The notes: a model not told the origin generated them from the letters alone. A stretch of DNA of 64,000 nt from Dehalococcoidia bacterium (GCA_963662435.1 OY759598.1:496001-560000); one strand, 5' to 3'. Counted from the stretch's first letter, positions 42,213-52,418 are shown. A program made the numbers and translations.

Positions 42213-43883
42213 TCAACCCTTCTCGGACAAGCGCCTGTAGCTCAGTGGATAGAGCACCGGTCTTCGGAACCGGGTGTCGGGGGTTCGAATCCCTCCAGGC
42301 GTACCAGGCCTTACCGTAGACAGAACCGGTCTGGGGAGAGTCACCTCTCCCGTGTCGCTCCCGTTCAACGCACTGTCTTCGGGGACCGGGATGCTGTAGC
42401 GGATGGTCGCTTTGCCAGGGCCGACCGATATCTCCTTGACGAACGACTGGATAAACGTCCGTCTCTCGGTCAACTCGCTCCCTTTGAGGAACGCGCCCAT
42501 GTCCAGTGCAAACGCCGTGATCGTCTCCACATCGTCCAGCTTCACCCTGCGTTCCGCGAGTGTGGCTTCCACGACTCTCGCCGAGTCCTGGAGCTTCCGC
42601 TCACGCTCACGGTGCTCACGGATACGGGGAGCGATGTCCGAGATATCGAGGTCGGTCGTCTCGATGGCGCGATACAGCCTGTCGAGCCACCGCTTCACCT
42701 CGGCCAATTCGGACTCTATGGACTCAAGCTTCTTGCGCTGTTCGTGCGCCACGCCGTCCATCTCTTCGTCCACCAGCTTCACGAGGTCCCTGATGTTGCC
42801 CTCGGTGAGGATATTTTCCCTGATCTCATCGACGATGAGACGCTCGAATCGTTTCGAGTTGAGCCTCGGTGTCTTGCAAGAACCCTTGCCTCGCTTCATG
42901 AGCGACTGGCAGACGTAGTAGGCGAACTTTCCGCTCTTCGCCTCCTGCCCGGTCAGTGCCGTACGGCACCGTCTGCACTTGACCATCCCGCTGAGGAGGT
43001 ATGAGCTGGCGGCGCGCCTGGGGTGAACCTTCGTAGGTGCCCTGGACCGCATCAGGTCGCCGACCCTTCGGAACTCCTCCTTCGAGACGATTGCCGGGAA
43101 CGCGTTCTCCATCCGCACGGGCGGCGCGCCGTCGCTGGCATTTGTACCCCAGACGAGAGTGCCGGTATACGTCTCGTTGGTGAGGACGTAGTGAACCATG
43201 GTCTTCGTCCAGGGCTTGCCGGTTGCCGTGGCGACGCCCTCGTCGTTCAGGGCCTTGGTGATGTCGAGGACGCTACGTCCCGACTCCGCCATCCTGAACA
43301 TTCGGCGCACGATGGAGTCCCTGGGTGGGTCAAGTTCGAGCTTCGGACGCTTCTTGGGGCCGTCCTGTATATGGACTCTGACGTATCCGTAGGGAGCCGT
43401 GCTCGCCACCCAATAGCCGCGCGATGCGGCCTCACGCATCCCTCTCATGACGTCCTGCGCCAAATTCTCCGAGTAGAACTCGTCCACGCTCTCGATGATG
43501 GCCTCCATCAGCTTGCCTGTGGGAGAATCGTCGGCGTGCTCGGTGATGGACACCACCCTTACTCCTTTGCGTCTGAGCATGGACTTGAAGGCGACGGCGT
43601 GCTCCCGCTTTCGGGTGAACCTGGAGAATTTCCACACGAGGATTTCGCTAAAGGGTGCGTCGGGCTTGCTCCCCTCTTCGATCATTCTGCGGAACTGGGG
43701 CCTATCGGCGACCCGTCCGCTCTCGGCTTCGTCGACGTACTCGCGCACGACGATGTATCCGTTCTTATTGGCGTAGTCCCTGAGCGCCCTCATCTGAGCC
43801 GACACCGACAGGTCCACATCTTGACGTTCGCTGGAGACCCTGGCGTAGAGGGCTGCCGGTGTCAGATCGTTCTTCTCGTTCAT
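42213..43883 (-). CDS. Large serine recombinase (integrase); 3' end overlaps tRNA-Arg antisense
   Basis: AGGAGG RBS; 'YARVSSERQ', 'SRFTR', 'PYGY', Zn ribbon CRRC...YYVC, coiled coil. Confidence 0.95.
   Translation of the reverse strand: MNEKNDLTPAALYARVSSERQDVDLSVSAQMRALRDYANKNGYIVVREYVDEAESGRVADRPQFRRMIEEGSKPDAPFSEILVWKFSRFTRKREHAVAFKSMLRRKGVRVVSITEHADDSPTGKLMEAIIESVDEFYSENLAQDVMRGMREAASRGYWVASTAPYGYVRVHIQDGPKKRPKLELDPPRDSIVRRMFRMAESGRSVLDITKALNDEGVATATGKPWTKTMVHYVLTNETYTGTLVWGTNASDGAPPVRMENAFPAIVSKEEFRRVGDLMRSRAPTKVHPRRAASSYLLSGMVKCRRCRTALTGQEAKSGKFAYYVCQSLMKRGKGSCKTPRLNSKRFERLIVDEIRENILTEGNIRDLVKLVDEEMDGVAHEQRKKLESIESELAEVKRWLDRLYRAIETTDLDISDIAPRIREHRERERKLQDSARVVEATLAERRVKLDDVETITAFALDMGAFLKGSELTERRTFIQSFVKEISVGPGKATIRYSIPVPEDSALNGSDTGEVTLPRPVLSTVRPGTPGGIRTPDTRFRRPVLYPLSYRRLSEKG
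42231..42306 (+). tRNA. tRNA-Arg(UCG); integration target
   Basis: Anticodon arm ccggt-ct-TCG-ga-accgg; T-loop; ends ACCA. Confidence 0.95.
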
Positions 43884-44107
43884 GTTTCTCCTCCTTGTGT
43901 CTTGTCCCTTCTGATTTGGCGTGAACGTAATCTTTCCGATCGTTCCCGTCTGCGCCACTCCCTCTCCTCCATGTAGAGGCGTATGGCCTCGCGGAGGAAC
44001 TCGCTCACCGTGCGATCCTCCTCCTCGACAACCTGCCGCAGCGTGCGGGCCATCTCCGGCGGCAGCGAGAAGGTGATGGTGTCGGTGTTCCTTGGCTTGG
44101 TTGGCAT
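43880..44107 (-). CDS. CopG/RHH DNA-binding protein
   Basis: 'TITFSLPPEMARTL...RTVSEFLREAIRLY'; ATGA overlap with the integrase. Confidence 0.8.
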   Translation of the reverse strand: MPTKPRNTDTITFSLPPEMARTLRQVVEEEDRTVSEFLREAIRLYMEEREWRRRERSERLRSRQIRRDKTQGGET

Positions 44108-44232
44108 GATCGCAATTGTCTCTTTGAGTATTGTAGCGTCTTACTCTACGCCATGCCACAACCAAACCTGCAACACCCACGAGCGACAGACATCGCCGTG
44201 GCATCGTCGATAGAGCGTCCGAGGGCGTTCCC

Positions 44233-46290
44233 CTAAATGCCTCCGAGTATCTTGCCGAACAGACCCATGCGCCTTCCGCCGAGCTTCCCGTCCAGGAACT
44301 CCTCGAGCTCCCGACGGTTCAGGACCGTGCGTCCGCCGACGCTGGCGTTGTCGTCTATGAGGGTGGAAGGGACGTTCTCCCAATCAAACTCCCGCCGTCC
44401 GAACGTGTCGGTCTGTTCGATCACGATGACCTGGTCGCCTTCCAGTATCCAGCCCGTGGGGAGGTCGCCCTCCTTCTTCATCCTCGTGGCTGGCCTCAGC
44501 AGGTGCTCGATCTGCGACTTTACCCTTTCGTGACGCTGGTCGGCGTACTCGTCCCACCCGATGGATGCGCACCACTTCGGTGGGGTTTCACCCAGCAGTT
44601 CGGCGATAAGCCCGGAGAGGACGGAGGATGAGAACTCAAGCCAGTCATCGGGCTTGGGCGTCTCGTCGAGTCGTGCCAGCACCCTCCTCAGGTACTCCCG
44701 GTAGAGGTTGGTGGACAAGCCCCGACGCACCTCCTGTATCTTCAGATGCAGCTCGTGGCGCAGACTCTCCTTGTAGGTCGGGAGCGCAGTCGTCGTGTAG
44801 ATCATGAGGCTGCGCTTGACGATCTGGTCGGTGAATGCCTTGAGTTCCTGGTTCATCGACAGCACGAAACATGGGTACTCGGCGACCAGCGGAGGGTTCT
44901 CGTCCTTGATAACGTCCTCACCGTGGTTGCGTATGGCCGGCTTGCCGATGTCGTCGAACACGGCGGGGAACCGCTTGTACGCGTACTGCATGTCGCGGAG
45001 CCTGCCCTTGGTGAACTCTCTCTTGTCGATGTTGTAGGCTTTGCCGAACATGGATGTCATCAGCGTGTCGATGAGACTGGACTTGCCGCAGGAAGGCTTG
45101 CCGTAGACGATGGCGAACGATGGGAACCTGAAAATGTCTCCCTCGTGTCCTGCGAGCGTCCTCATGTCACACATGAAGGGCGAGAAGTAGAGCCAAGACC
45201 AGAGGATGAAGTAGTCCCGCTGGAGCCTCTCAACTCCCATTCCACCCTCGAAGGTACCCTCGTAGTTTCCGAAGAAATCAACCAGCAGCCTCGCGTCGGT
45301 CCGAGCGGCGTCAAGGTCCGGCTCCAATGTGAACGGCTCGCCGGATAGGGAGACGGTCTTGGCGTGCCTGTCGATGGACAGTTTGCTGTGGTCCGTCTCT
45401 TCCTCGGACTGCACCACGCGGATGCGGCTGTACTCCTTCACTATCTGTCGTCTGAGCTCGCGGGTTATCTGCTGCTTCCCGTTGCGCTGCGGCGGGATGA
45501 TGTTGGTCACCACGGGCGGGATCGCCGCCTTCATCCTCTCTATCCGCTCAATCTGAGTCGGGACGTTGAAGTGCATGACCTCGTCCTGCTCTGGCTCCGT
45601 CTCAGTGGAGTCGATCACGAGGGTCGAGTGGTCGTTGGGGTCGAGAACGGGCACCTCCCGCAGGCCAATCTCCCCCTGCTCGACTCGCTCGGGCGGCAGC
45701 GGTATCTCGTCGGACGCCCGGTCCCTGACAGCCTCGTACATGCCGAGGTAGTGGTCCCAGGCGGCATCGTCATCGTCGAAGCAGACGAGGGTCTCCGACT
45801 GGAGTCCGCCGAAGGCGACCTCCGACAGGTTCGCCGATCCGATGATGGCGCGTCTTCTTCCCGACTCTGTGTCTTCGAGCAGATACAGCTTTGCGTGGGC
45901 TATCTGCTTGCGGAGCACACGAAACCGCGCCTGCCCCTCCCTGACGCGGCCGAGGATGAAGGCGTGTCGCTCGTCAGGCAGGTTCTTGATGGCGGCCCTG
46001 GTATCGCCGATGGCGATCTGCTGGAAGGCCATGATGTCCTTCAGGGTACGCAGGGTGCTCTCGCAGCCGAACACGCACTCGAAATCGCTGAATCCGTGCC
46101 TGTCGAGCAGCCGGACTATCGCGCTCACGCCCGCCGAGTAGGTGAGGATGCGGATGCGGTCGTATCCGTCGAACAGCGACCAGGAGAACTTCGACTCGGA
46201 CTCGAATCGGGCGCGCGCCACACGAAGACCGATGCCGTCGTCGATATCGAACTCCAGAGTTTCCCCCAGTTTTGGGTCTTCCAGCATCAT
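44233..46290 (-). CDS. PLD-family nuclease fused to a P-loop NTPase
   Basis: 'HAKLYL...IIGSANLS'; Walker A 'GKPSCGKS'; Walker B 'AVFDD'. Confidence 0.75.
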   Translation of the reverse strand: MMLEDPKLGETLEFDIDDGIGLRVARARFESESKFSWSLFDGYDRIRILTYSAGVSAIVRLLDRHGFSDFECVFGCESTLRTLKDIMAFQQIAIGDTRAAIKNLPDERHAFILGRVREGQARFRVLRKQIAHAKLYLLEDTESGRRRAIIGSANLSEVAFGGLQSETLVCFDDDDAAWDHYLGMYEAVRDRASDEIPLPPERVEQGEIGLREVPVLDPNDHSTLVIDSTETEPEQDEVMHFNVPTQIERIERMKAAIPPVVTNIIPPQRNGKQQITRELRRQIVKEYSRIRVVQSEEETDHSKLSIDRHAKTVSLSGEPFTLEPDLDAARTDARLLVDFFGNYEGTFEGGMGVERLQRDYFILWSWLYFSPFMCDMRTLAGHEGDIFRFPSFAIVYGKPSCGKSSLIDTLMTSMFGKAYNIDKREFTKGRLRDMQYAYKRFPAVFDDIGKPAIRNHGEDVIKDENPPLVAEYPCFVLSMNQELKAFTDQIVKRSLMIYTTTALPTYKESLRHELHLKIQEVRRGLSTNLYREYLRRVLARLDETPKPDDWLEFSSSVLSGLIAELLGETPPKWCASIGWDEYADQRHERVKSQIEHLLRPATRMKKEGDLPTGWILEGDQVIVIEQTDTFGRREFDWENVPSTLIDDNASVGGRTVLNRRELEEFLDGKLGGRRMGLFGKILGGI

Positions 46291-46432
46291 GCAGACTCCT
46301 CAATGGACTTGACTTCCGTTGGAAAGGGATAGGGTAGGATCGCGCCAGGCCGGGGCCGTTCCCTTCTCCTACCATCATTAGTGCTAGCACTTGATGCGCG
46401 CATGGGAAGCGAACGAAGAAAGTATTTACCTC

Positions 46433-48103
46433 TCACTGCCCGCTGTCAACATAGAGGCCAGGCTTGGTGAAGGCGTACGTGTGTTCCAGCATGTCCGGCT
46501 TTCTCCAAGCCTTGCCCAACGGCCCCACCCTGTCCAGCGTCTTCCTATCGGAGACCCACAGGGGAAGCCTGACACTGGCGCGAGCCATCTCGTCTCGAAC
46601 GACACCCATGAACCGTGCCGCCACGAGCTCGTCATCGAAGACGATGAGGACGATGGGCTGCGCGCCGTGATCCTCCATCGGCTTCTTGGACGAGTAGTAC
46701 CGCAGATATGGAGCGAGACGAGCGGCCATCGTTCCGGGTCTCACGGCGCGGCGCTCCCACTCCAGGAAGAACGGCGTTGTTACGCGTCCATATCGCAGGA
46801 CGCCGAAGGCGTCCGGCTGGATCGACCGCAGCTTCCCGTCCTTCCGAAAATACCTCGACGCCCTGTGGGGAGGATCGAGTTGGAGGACGTCTACGCCCCA
46901 GTTCCGCGCCTGGGCTGCGAGACTTGCGATGAAGCGGTGAACCGCCATTGTATGCTCGACGTTCCTCAGCAAGCTGCGGCTCCCCGCTCCCGACACGTTG
47001 CGCCATGACAGTGGGGCGTCGTCGTCAATAGGCTCGACGCTCCATTGCTTCCGCGCAGCGCCAACCGCCGTCCGGTCCCTGCGAGCCAGCAGGGCAAGCG
47101 CCCTGTCGCTGAGGGCCAATCGACGGGGACGACACATGCCGGAGGGCGACAGCAGCTCGAAGCCGTCCAGCCGTCGCACGATCTGGGAGAGTCGCTGCCG
47201 GGTGATGCCCAGCATCCCCGCGAGGTCTTCGCAGGTGCTCCAAGGCCAGTCGTTGAGCGCGTCGAGCGCCCACTTCTCCGAGGGTCTCAGGAGAGTGGGC
47301 AGCAGATGGTCGGACGAGTCGCGAGCCGAGCCGAGATCGTCCGGGACCAGCGCCCGAGATAGCCTTGGCTCCACGGGAAGGCCGCCACGCCGCCTTACGA
47401 GCGACATCGCGTACCGGAGGTCGACCGGAACGGATACCGACGGCATCCTCCACACTGCGTCGTCCTCGCTTGACAGAGCCGCGTCCCTCTCGAGGGCCAG
47501 GAATACCGGAACGGGAGATCTGGTCAGCAGCCTGCCCGTGTGACGCAACCGTACTGCGTCAGGCACGATCACGAATAGTGCGCTGGGAAGCGCCCCTTCG
47601 AAGAACCTCCAGACGCGCTTGGAGAATGCGGTCCTGTCGGAGGTCAGTCCCTGCCTGAGGATGCCGATGGTTCGTCCGTCCGGGAAGGCAACCGCCGCGT
47701 CCAAGGGCATCCCGCGGTACCACCAGAACCCTGTAAGGCCTCCAACTATAGCCAATGACGAAACGACGCGGTAGACGACACCCACGGCATCGAGCCTGTC
47801 CAGCAGGATGCGCCGCATGTGCGCGGAGACGGGACGTGAGCGGACCAGGTCGTCCACGGTCACGCCCTCGGCCTCCGCCAGCAGATGCAGCCCGGCCGCG
47901 GTGACGTAGAACCGCCGCGTCGGGGCGATGATCTCGGTCGCGTGCCTGACCGAGCCAACCAGTCCCCTCCGGTGGAGGCTCGTCACCGCGTCATGCGTCG
48001 TCCGTTCGGGCGCGCCGGACGCGGCAGCCAGTTCCAGCCGGTCGAGGAACGGCATCGAAGCAAGCGTGCTCAGGACTCGAACGTCGCGGGACAAGTCCTT
48101 CAC
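46433..48103 (-). CDS. Replication-relaxation (Replic_Relax/PF13814-like) protein with an apparent internal duplication
   Basis: Two wHTH-like halves; C-half 'EHTMAVHRF...QPDAFG...FFLEWER...ARLAPYLRYY'. Confidence 0.65.
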   Translation of the reverse strand: MKDLSRDVRVLSTLASMPFLDRLELAAASGAPERTTHDAVTSLHRRGLVGSVRHATEIIAPTRRFYVTAAGLHLLAEAEGVTVDDLVRSRPVSAHMRRILLDRLDAVGVVYRVVSSLAIVGGLTGFWWYRGMPLDAAVAFPDGRTIGILRQGLTSDRTAFSKRVWRFFEGALPSALFVIVPDAVRLRHTGRLLTRSPVPVFLALERDAALSSEDDAVWRMPSVSVPVDLRYAMSLVRRRGGLPVEPRLSRALVPDDLGSARDSSDHLLPTLLRPSEKWALDALNDWPWSTCEDLAGMLGITRQRLSQIVRRLDGFELLSPSGMCRPRRLALSDRALALLARRDRTAVGAARKQWSVEPIDDDAPLSWRNVSGAGSRSLLRNVEHTMAVHRFIASLAAQARNWGVDVLQLDPPHRASRYFRKDGKLRSIQPDAFGVLRYGRVTTPFFLEWERRAVRPGTMAARLAPYLRYYSSKKPMEDHGAQPIVLIVFDDELVAARFMGVVRDEMARASVRLPLWVSDRKTLDRVGPLGKAWRKPDMLEHTYAFTKPGLYVDSGQ

Positions 48104-50733
48104 TCCATCTGACTCCTGAAGGTGACGCCGCCATCAGGCCTGCCCGTCGATCCGTTGTCGGCAGGTCCTTCGTTGACAGAGCCATTGGAGGACGGGCCCC
48201 GGCCCTTTCTGCGTCTGCGCTTCTTCGTCTGCTGCGGGGCGGGGGCCTTCTTGGGCTGCGTGGGCACTTCGGCGTCCTCATCCTGCCGGGCCTCCAACTC
48301 AACCCTGAACTGCGCCACCAGCTTCTCGGCCTCGGCCTCCCTGGCGGCCATCTCCTCCGGCGAGCCGGTGTAGTCGACCGTCCCCGCCTTGATGCGCGCG
48401 GCGATCTCCGGCCTGCCCCTCTCGGGCGCCCTCACGTCCATCGAGAAGGCCGCGAGACGCTCATCTCCCACGGTCGCCCGCACGTAGCAGTGGTGTACCC
48501 GCTGAGAGATGATGTCGTCCTCCGATATCCTGTCCTTGCCCAGCTCCCATGCCAGGAGCCTCGCGTCCTCGGCCGCTACCTGGAAGACGGCCAGGCAGCC
48601 CACGTTGGACAGCAGGGTGCCCCGCAGGGTCGGCGAGAGGTCGTCCAGCTTGTCGAGTCCCTGTGTTGCGAGGAAGAGAGACGCCCCGAACTTCCCGAGC
48701 TCGCCGAGCATCGCCTCGTAGTCCACGCCGGGCATCGCCTGCATCTCGTCGACAACGACCGTCACGCCCCTGCGCCTCTCAGGCGGCAGGCTGCCCTGCT
48801 CTCGTATGACGGCGTCGAGAAGGTTCATCAGCGACGCGCCCACCAGGGCCGACACGTCCCTGCCGACATCACCCTGCGCGGTGGAGACGAACAGAATGCC
48901 TCCCTCCGCGATCAGCCTTCGCAGGTCGATGGTCGACCGGGGCTGTCCGAGGACGGCCCGGGCGCGCTTCGAGGATGAGTAGTAGGCCAGACGAGTCTGG
49001 ACGGGCGCGAGCGCCTCGGCCTCGAGATGTCTCGGCCACTTCCCGAACTCCTTGGCCCACCACCTCAGGATGTACGGGTCGCGAACCTTCCTGAGCACGC
49101 CGTCACGGAACTCCTTCTCCGACAGCAGCCGTGAGCCGTCGAGGATGGTGTACTGCCCGTTGCGGTCCACGGAAGGACCGTCATTGACCTCGTGTAGGGT
49201 CTTGACCGTGTGCTCCAGGATCGACTGCATCCTGGAACCCCACTGGTCCCAGAGCCCCTTGCAGATCCGCACCACAGAGTCCGCCGTGCGGTCCCTGTCG
49301 GCGAAAACGGCGGTGTCCAGCAGGTTGATGCCCGGCGTTCGCTCCTTGTCGGCAAGATCAATCAGGCGCACTCTATCGATTATCGACTCCGGCACGTGGT
49401 TTAGGAGAGACCCCACCAGGTCGGCGTGCGGGTCCACGACGACGATGGCGTCGTCGTCCCTGCCCGCCGCCTTCTCCTTCATCTTGTGGACGACGATGTG
49501 TTGCATGAGGGTGGACTTGCCCATGCGCGTCCTCGCCACGTACAGGTGATGCCGTCTCATCAGGTCGGCGGAGAAGCGTATCTCGCGAGCCGCGCCTCCC
49601 GTGGACGCTCCCACCGACGCCCCCTCCTTTACTCCTCTCGCCGAGGGAAGAAGCACCTTTGACCCCGAACGCTCGACCAGGGGCATGTCGTCTCCCGGCC
49701 CCGGCGGGTGCCAAAGGGAGGCAGCCTCACGGACGTCGAGGACGTTCCTGCTTTGCAAGAATCCCCGGCGGGGCGGGCTCACCCCTGCGTCGGGGATAGC
49801 AGGACGTACCTTGCCAACCCTGAAGCGAGCTCCCGCCGCGTTGTCGTAGTGCCTGTACGCGGCCGCCACGTTGTCGAGCAACTTCCGCGCTCTCTCCTCC
49901 CGGCCGTCGGGTGGCAGTATCGCAGTCACCTCGAAACCGGCCTCGAAGGCCACACGAGAGGTCTTCTCCTTTATCAGGACAGGGTCGTAGACGCGATTCC
50001 TCGACTTGTTCCAGCGGTGCCACGCCCATCCGGCCACGGCCAGCCCCGACGCTATTCCCAATCCGAGCAGCACTGCCTTCCACGTCTCTCCGGCGCGCAC
50101 CCAGAGGTAGCCCTGAAGGGCGGGCAGCGCCGCAACGCCCAGGACGACAAGCATCTTGAAGTCCGTCTGGTGGTGGCTGACCTGGTTGCTGTACGAGGAG
50201 TCGCGAGGCGGCGGTACGGCAGGCTTGTGAGCCTTCTCGAGATACGCCTGGGACCAGTCCGGCCCCAGGGACCGCAGGCAGAGGCGCGCCACGACGCGCT
50301 CACCCTCCCGCAGGTTCGACAGGGAGCCGATGAGGGCAATCAGGGGATCGGAGCCAGCGTCCAGCATGTCGTCGTCTCGGAATACCCGCAATGGAAGAAA
50401 CTCCGGCCCGTCTATTCCCAGGGTCATCGACCACGCCTGCTCGCCCTCGTCGAGAACCAGTGGGTCGTCCTCCTCGGCAACATCCTCAATGAGCGCCTGC
50501 GGATAGTGCGCCCTCAGCTGCTGCTCGACTACCTCGTCGCCGTGGCAGCGCGCCAGGAGGCTGACTCCGTCCACGTCCCCCGCCAGTTCCAGGGTGAACG
50601 GCTCAGGGATCGCAATCGACTGGAGCATGTTCTCGACTCCGAGCAGCGTCCGGTCTCCGGTTCTCTGAGGAGTGATCGCCAGGAGCTTGGGCCTGTCTCG
50701 GTCTCCTCGGCTGAATATCTTGTTTAGTTTCAT
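48100..50733 (-). CDS. VirD4/TraD-like type IV coupling protein
   Basis: 2 TM helices, Walker A variant 'ARTRMGKST', 'VVVDPH', Walker B 'VVVDEMQ', 'LATQ', 'LSNVG'. Confidence 0.8.
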   Translation of the reverse strand: MKLNKIFSRGDRDRPKLLAITPQRTGDRTLLGVENMLQSIAIPEPFTLELAGDVDGVSLLARCHGDEVVEQQLRAHYPQALIEDVAEEDDPLVLDEGEQAWSMTLGIDGPEFLPLRVFRDDDMLDAGSDPLIALIGSLSNLREGERVVARLCLRSLGPDWSQAYLEKAHKPAVPPPRDSSYSNQVSHHQTDFKMLVVLGVAALPALQGYLWVRAGETWKAVLLGLGIASGLAVAGWAWHRWNKSRNRVYDPVLIKEKTSRVAFEAGFEVTAILPPDGREERARKLLDNVAAAYRHYDNAAGARFRVGKVRPAIPDAGVSPPRRGFLQSRNVLDVREAASLWHPPGPGDDMPLVERSGSKVLLPSARGVKEGASVGASTGGAAREIRFSADLMRRHHLYVARTRMGKSTLMQHIVVHKMKEKAAGRDDDAIVVVDPHADLVGSLLNHVPESIIDRVRLIDLADKERTPGINLLDTAVFADRDRTADSVVRICKGLWDQWGSRMQSILEHTVKTLHEVNDGPSVDRNGQYTILDGSRLLSEKEFRDGVLRKVRDPYILRWWAKEFGKWPRHLEAEALAPVQTRLAYYSSSKRARAVLGQPRSTIDLRRLIAEGGILFVSTAQGDVGRDVSALVGASLMNLLDAVIREQGSLPPERRRGVTVVVDEMQAMPGVDYEAMLGELGKFGASLFLATQGLDKLDDLSPTLRGTLLSNVGCLAVFQVAAEDARLLAWELGKDRISEDDIISQRVHHCYVRATVGDERLAAFSMDVRAPERGRPEIAARIKAGTVDYTGSPEEMAAREAEAEKLVAQFRVELEARQDEDAEVPTQPKKAPAPQQTKKRRRRKGRGPSSNGSVNEGPADNGSTGRPDGGVTFRSQME

Positions 50734-50980
50734 AATCGTTCTTTCTTGTCTCCTTTCGGGATGATGGACTCTGTTAGGACGCATGTGCTATTCTACGACG
50801 CGACGACGACGAATGAAAGCCCCCATCGCAAGAACTGCGTTTTGGGCGCCGGAGGGCTGTACAGAGAATGGACTCTGTGGAGGGAATCCCTGGATGGCTT
50901 GGAACGCCGTGTTACAGGCGTCCCCCTACAGGATGCTAAATCGGAGTAAGCACTTTGAGTGAAAGGTCCGGTCGCAGGGG

Positions 50981-51066
50981 CGTGTGCAGGTGACAGCTTT
51001 GAGATGTGCATCAGCCTCTGTCGAAACGACGCCGTCGTGTGCAGTTGCCGTAGCTGAGATGTGCAT
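50981..51066. repeat. Phased direct repeats (iteron/operator-like)
   Basis: Two 31-bp imperfect copies (50981-51011, 51036-51066); TGTGCA at 50983, 51005, 51038, 51060. Confidence 0.6.
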
Positions 51067-51108
51067 GCCCTGGGAAATATCGAGGAGAATCGGGATTCAG
51101 GGTTAGCT

Positions 51109-51900
51109 ATGAATGGAAAGATGACCGGTCTGGAGAATCTGGTCGAATTGCGCTCCCTGGCGCTGCTGGACGACCTCGTCAAGGCACGTGGTCGGAAGGG
51201 TGCGGCTGAGGCGCTCGGCGTGAACCGTAGAACCCTCGCGGCGAATGTCGATGGCGGTAAGCTGACCGCTCAGATGCGCGAAGCGATCGACCGGGTGCTG
51301 CTGCTGGGGGACGCGGCGGTCGCTGCCAAGGCGGAGGAGAGGTTCGCGGGGCTGGAGCAACGGCTGGCCGCTCTCGAAGAGAAGATCGGCGCAGTTGAAG
51401 AGGTGAGGGCAGGGCTCTATGAGACCGACCGAGCGATGAGGAAGGCCGTCCATCGGCTCTCGGAGGTGGAGGAACGCATCGGTGAGATGGAAGCGTCTCC
51501 GGCGGTCGGAGACGCTGGACAGCCGGAGACGCGACCCCGGAGCTCACGTGACCGTCCGTACCACAACGTAGTGACGCCGGACCCGTTGCCGGACGATGCG
51601 GCCGTCTTCGGTGAGGCTGCGGAGATAGTGGACGAGTGGAGAGGACTAAGGACCGCTCATCCGGCCACGAGGGACAGGCCGGCGCGGGTCGAGGAGAGGA
51701 TGCTGGAGCTGGAGATCGCGCTGATAGACGGGTTCAAGCTGACGCTGCCGCCGGAGACGTATCCGTGGGACGGACTCTCACGAGCCGATCAGGTGTACTG
51801 GCGCAGAAGGGCGCTGAGAGACGTGCGTAGGCGGCGAGTCTGGCAGTACGTCCCGCACTTCGTCCGGTGGGTCCTCACGCTGAGGATCTGGCGAAAGTAG
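51109..51900 (+). CDS. HTH/coiled-coil hypothetical protein
   Basis: 'KGAAEALGVNRRTLA' HTH-like; central coiled coil; start uncertain. Confidence 0.6.
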   Translation: MNGKMTGLENLVELRSLALLDDLVKARGRKGAAEALGVNRRTLAANVDGGKLTAQMREAIDRVLLLGDAAVAAKAEERFAGLEQRLAALEEKIGAVEEVRAGLYETDRAMRKAVHRLSEVEERIGEMEASPAVGDAGQPETRPRSSRDRPYHNVVTPDPLPDDAAVFGEAAEIVDEWRGLRTAHPATRDRPARVEERMLELEIALIDGFKLTLPPETYPWDGLSRADQVYWRRRALRDVRRRRVWQYVPHFVRWVLTLRIWRK

Positions 51901-52006
51901 CAGGACCCGGAGGCAGGTCGAGCCGAAGCCGTAAAATGAAATGACAGAGAGGCCGTCGCAACTCCAACGGTATAGAGTGCCGACTGTCGTGTTGGTGTGC
52001 GACAGC

Positions 52007-52360
52007 CTAGAAGCTCTCTTCACAGGCGATGTCATCATCGTCCCGATCGAGCCACCACACGGTGTCTTCCGATCGGCGGTGGCTGGCCTTAGCCTTGTCA
52101 AGGAAGTGTTGTGCTTCCTGCTGACTGCTGAAGAATCTACATCCCATCACGGCCGTCTCGCTCTCTTCGGAGGCCGGAAAGGTCACCAGGAAAAACAGCG
52201 GCAGGACTACCGTAAAGAAGCCGAAGACCACCATCGTTACGTAGCCGGCGACCTTCAACGCGGTCTCCTTAGCTCGCTTGACGGTCAAAGCGCCGATCAG
52301 AGCAAATGCACCGAGAACTAGGAACAGTACTGCGGAGGAGCCAATGGCGATAATCATCAC
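52007..52360 (-). CDS. 2-TM protein with Excalibur-like Ca-binding motif
   Basis: 'CRFFSSQQEAQ...LDRDDDDIACE'. Confidence 0.6.
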   Translation of the reverse strand: MMIIAIGSSAVLFLVLGAFALIGALTVKRAKETALKVAGYVTMVVFGFFTVVLPLFFLVTFPASEESETAVMGCRFFSSQQEAQHFLDKAKASHRRSEDTVWWLDRDDDDIACEESF

Positions 52361-52418
52361 TTCATCTCAACTGACGGCGAGAAGTTGGCCAGATCTCCCG
52401 CTTCCACCAATCTAGCCT

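Noticed and set aside
43884..44204. N-terminal extension of the integrase (663-aa call)
   Set aside because: Strong RBS and ATG at 43883, and the RHH gene occupies this span
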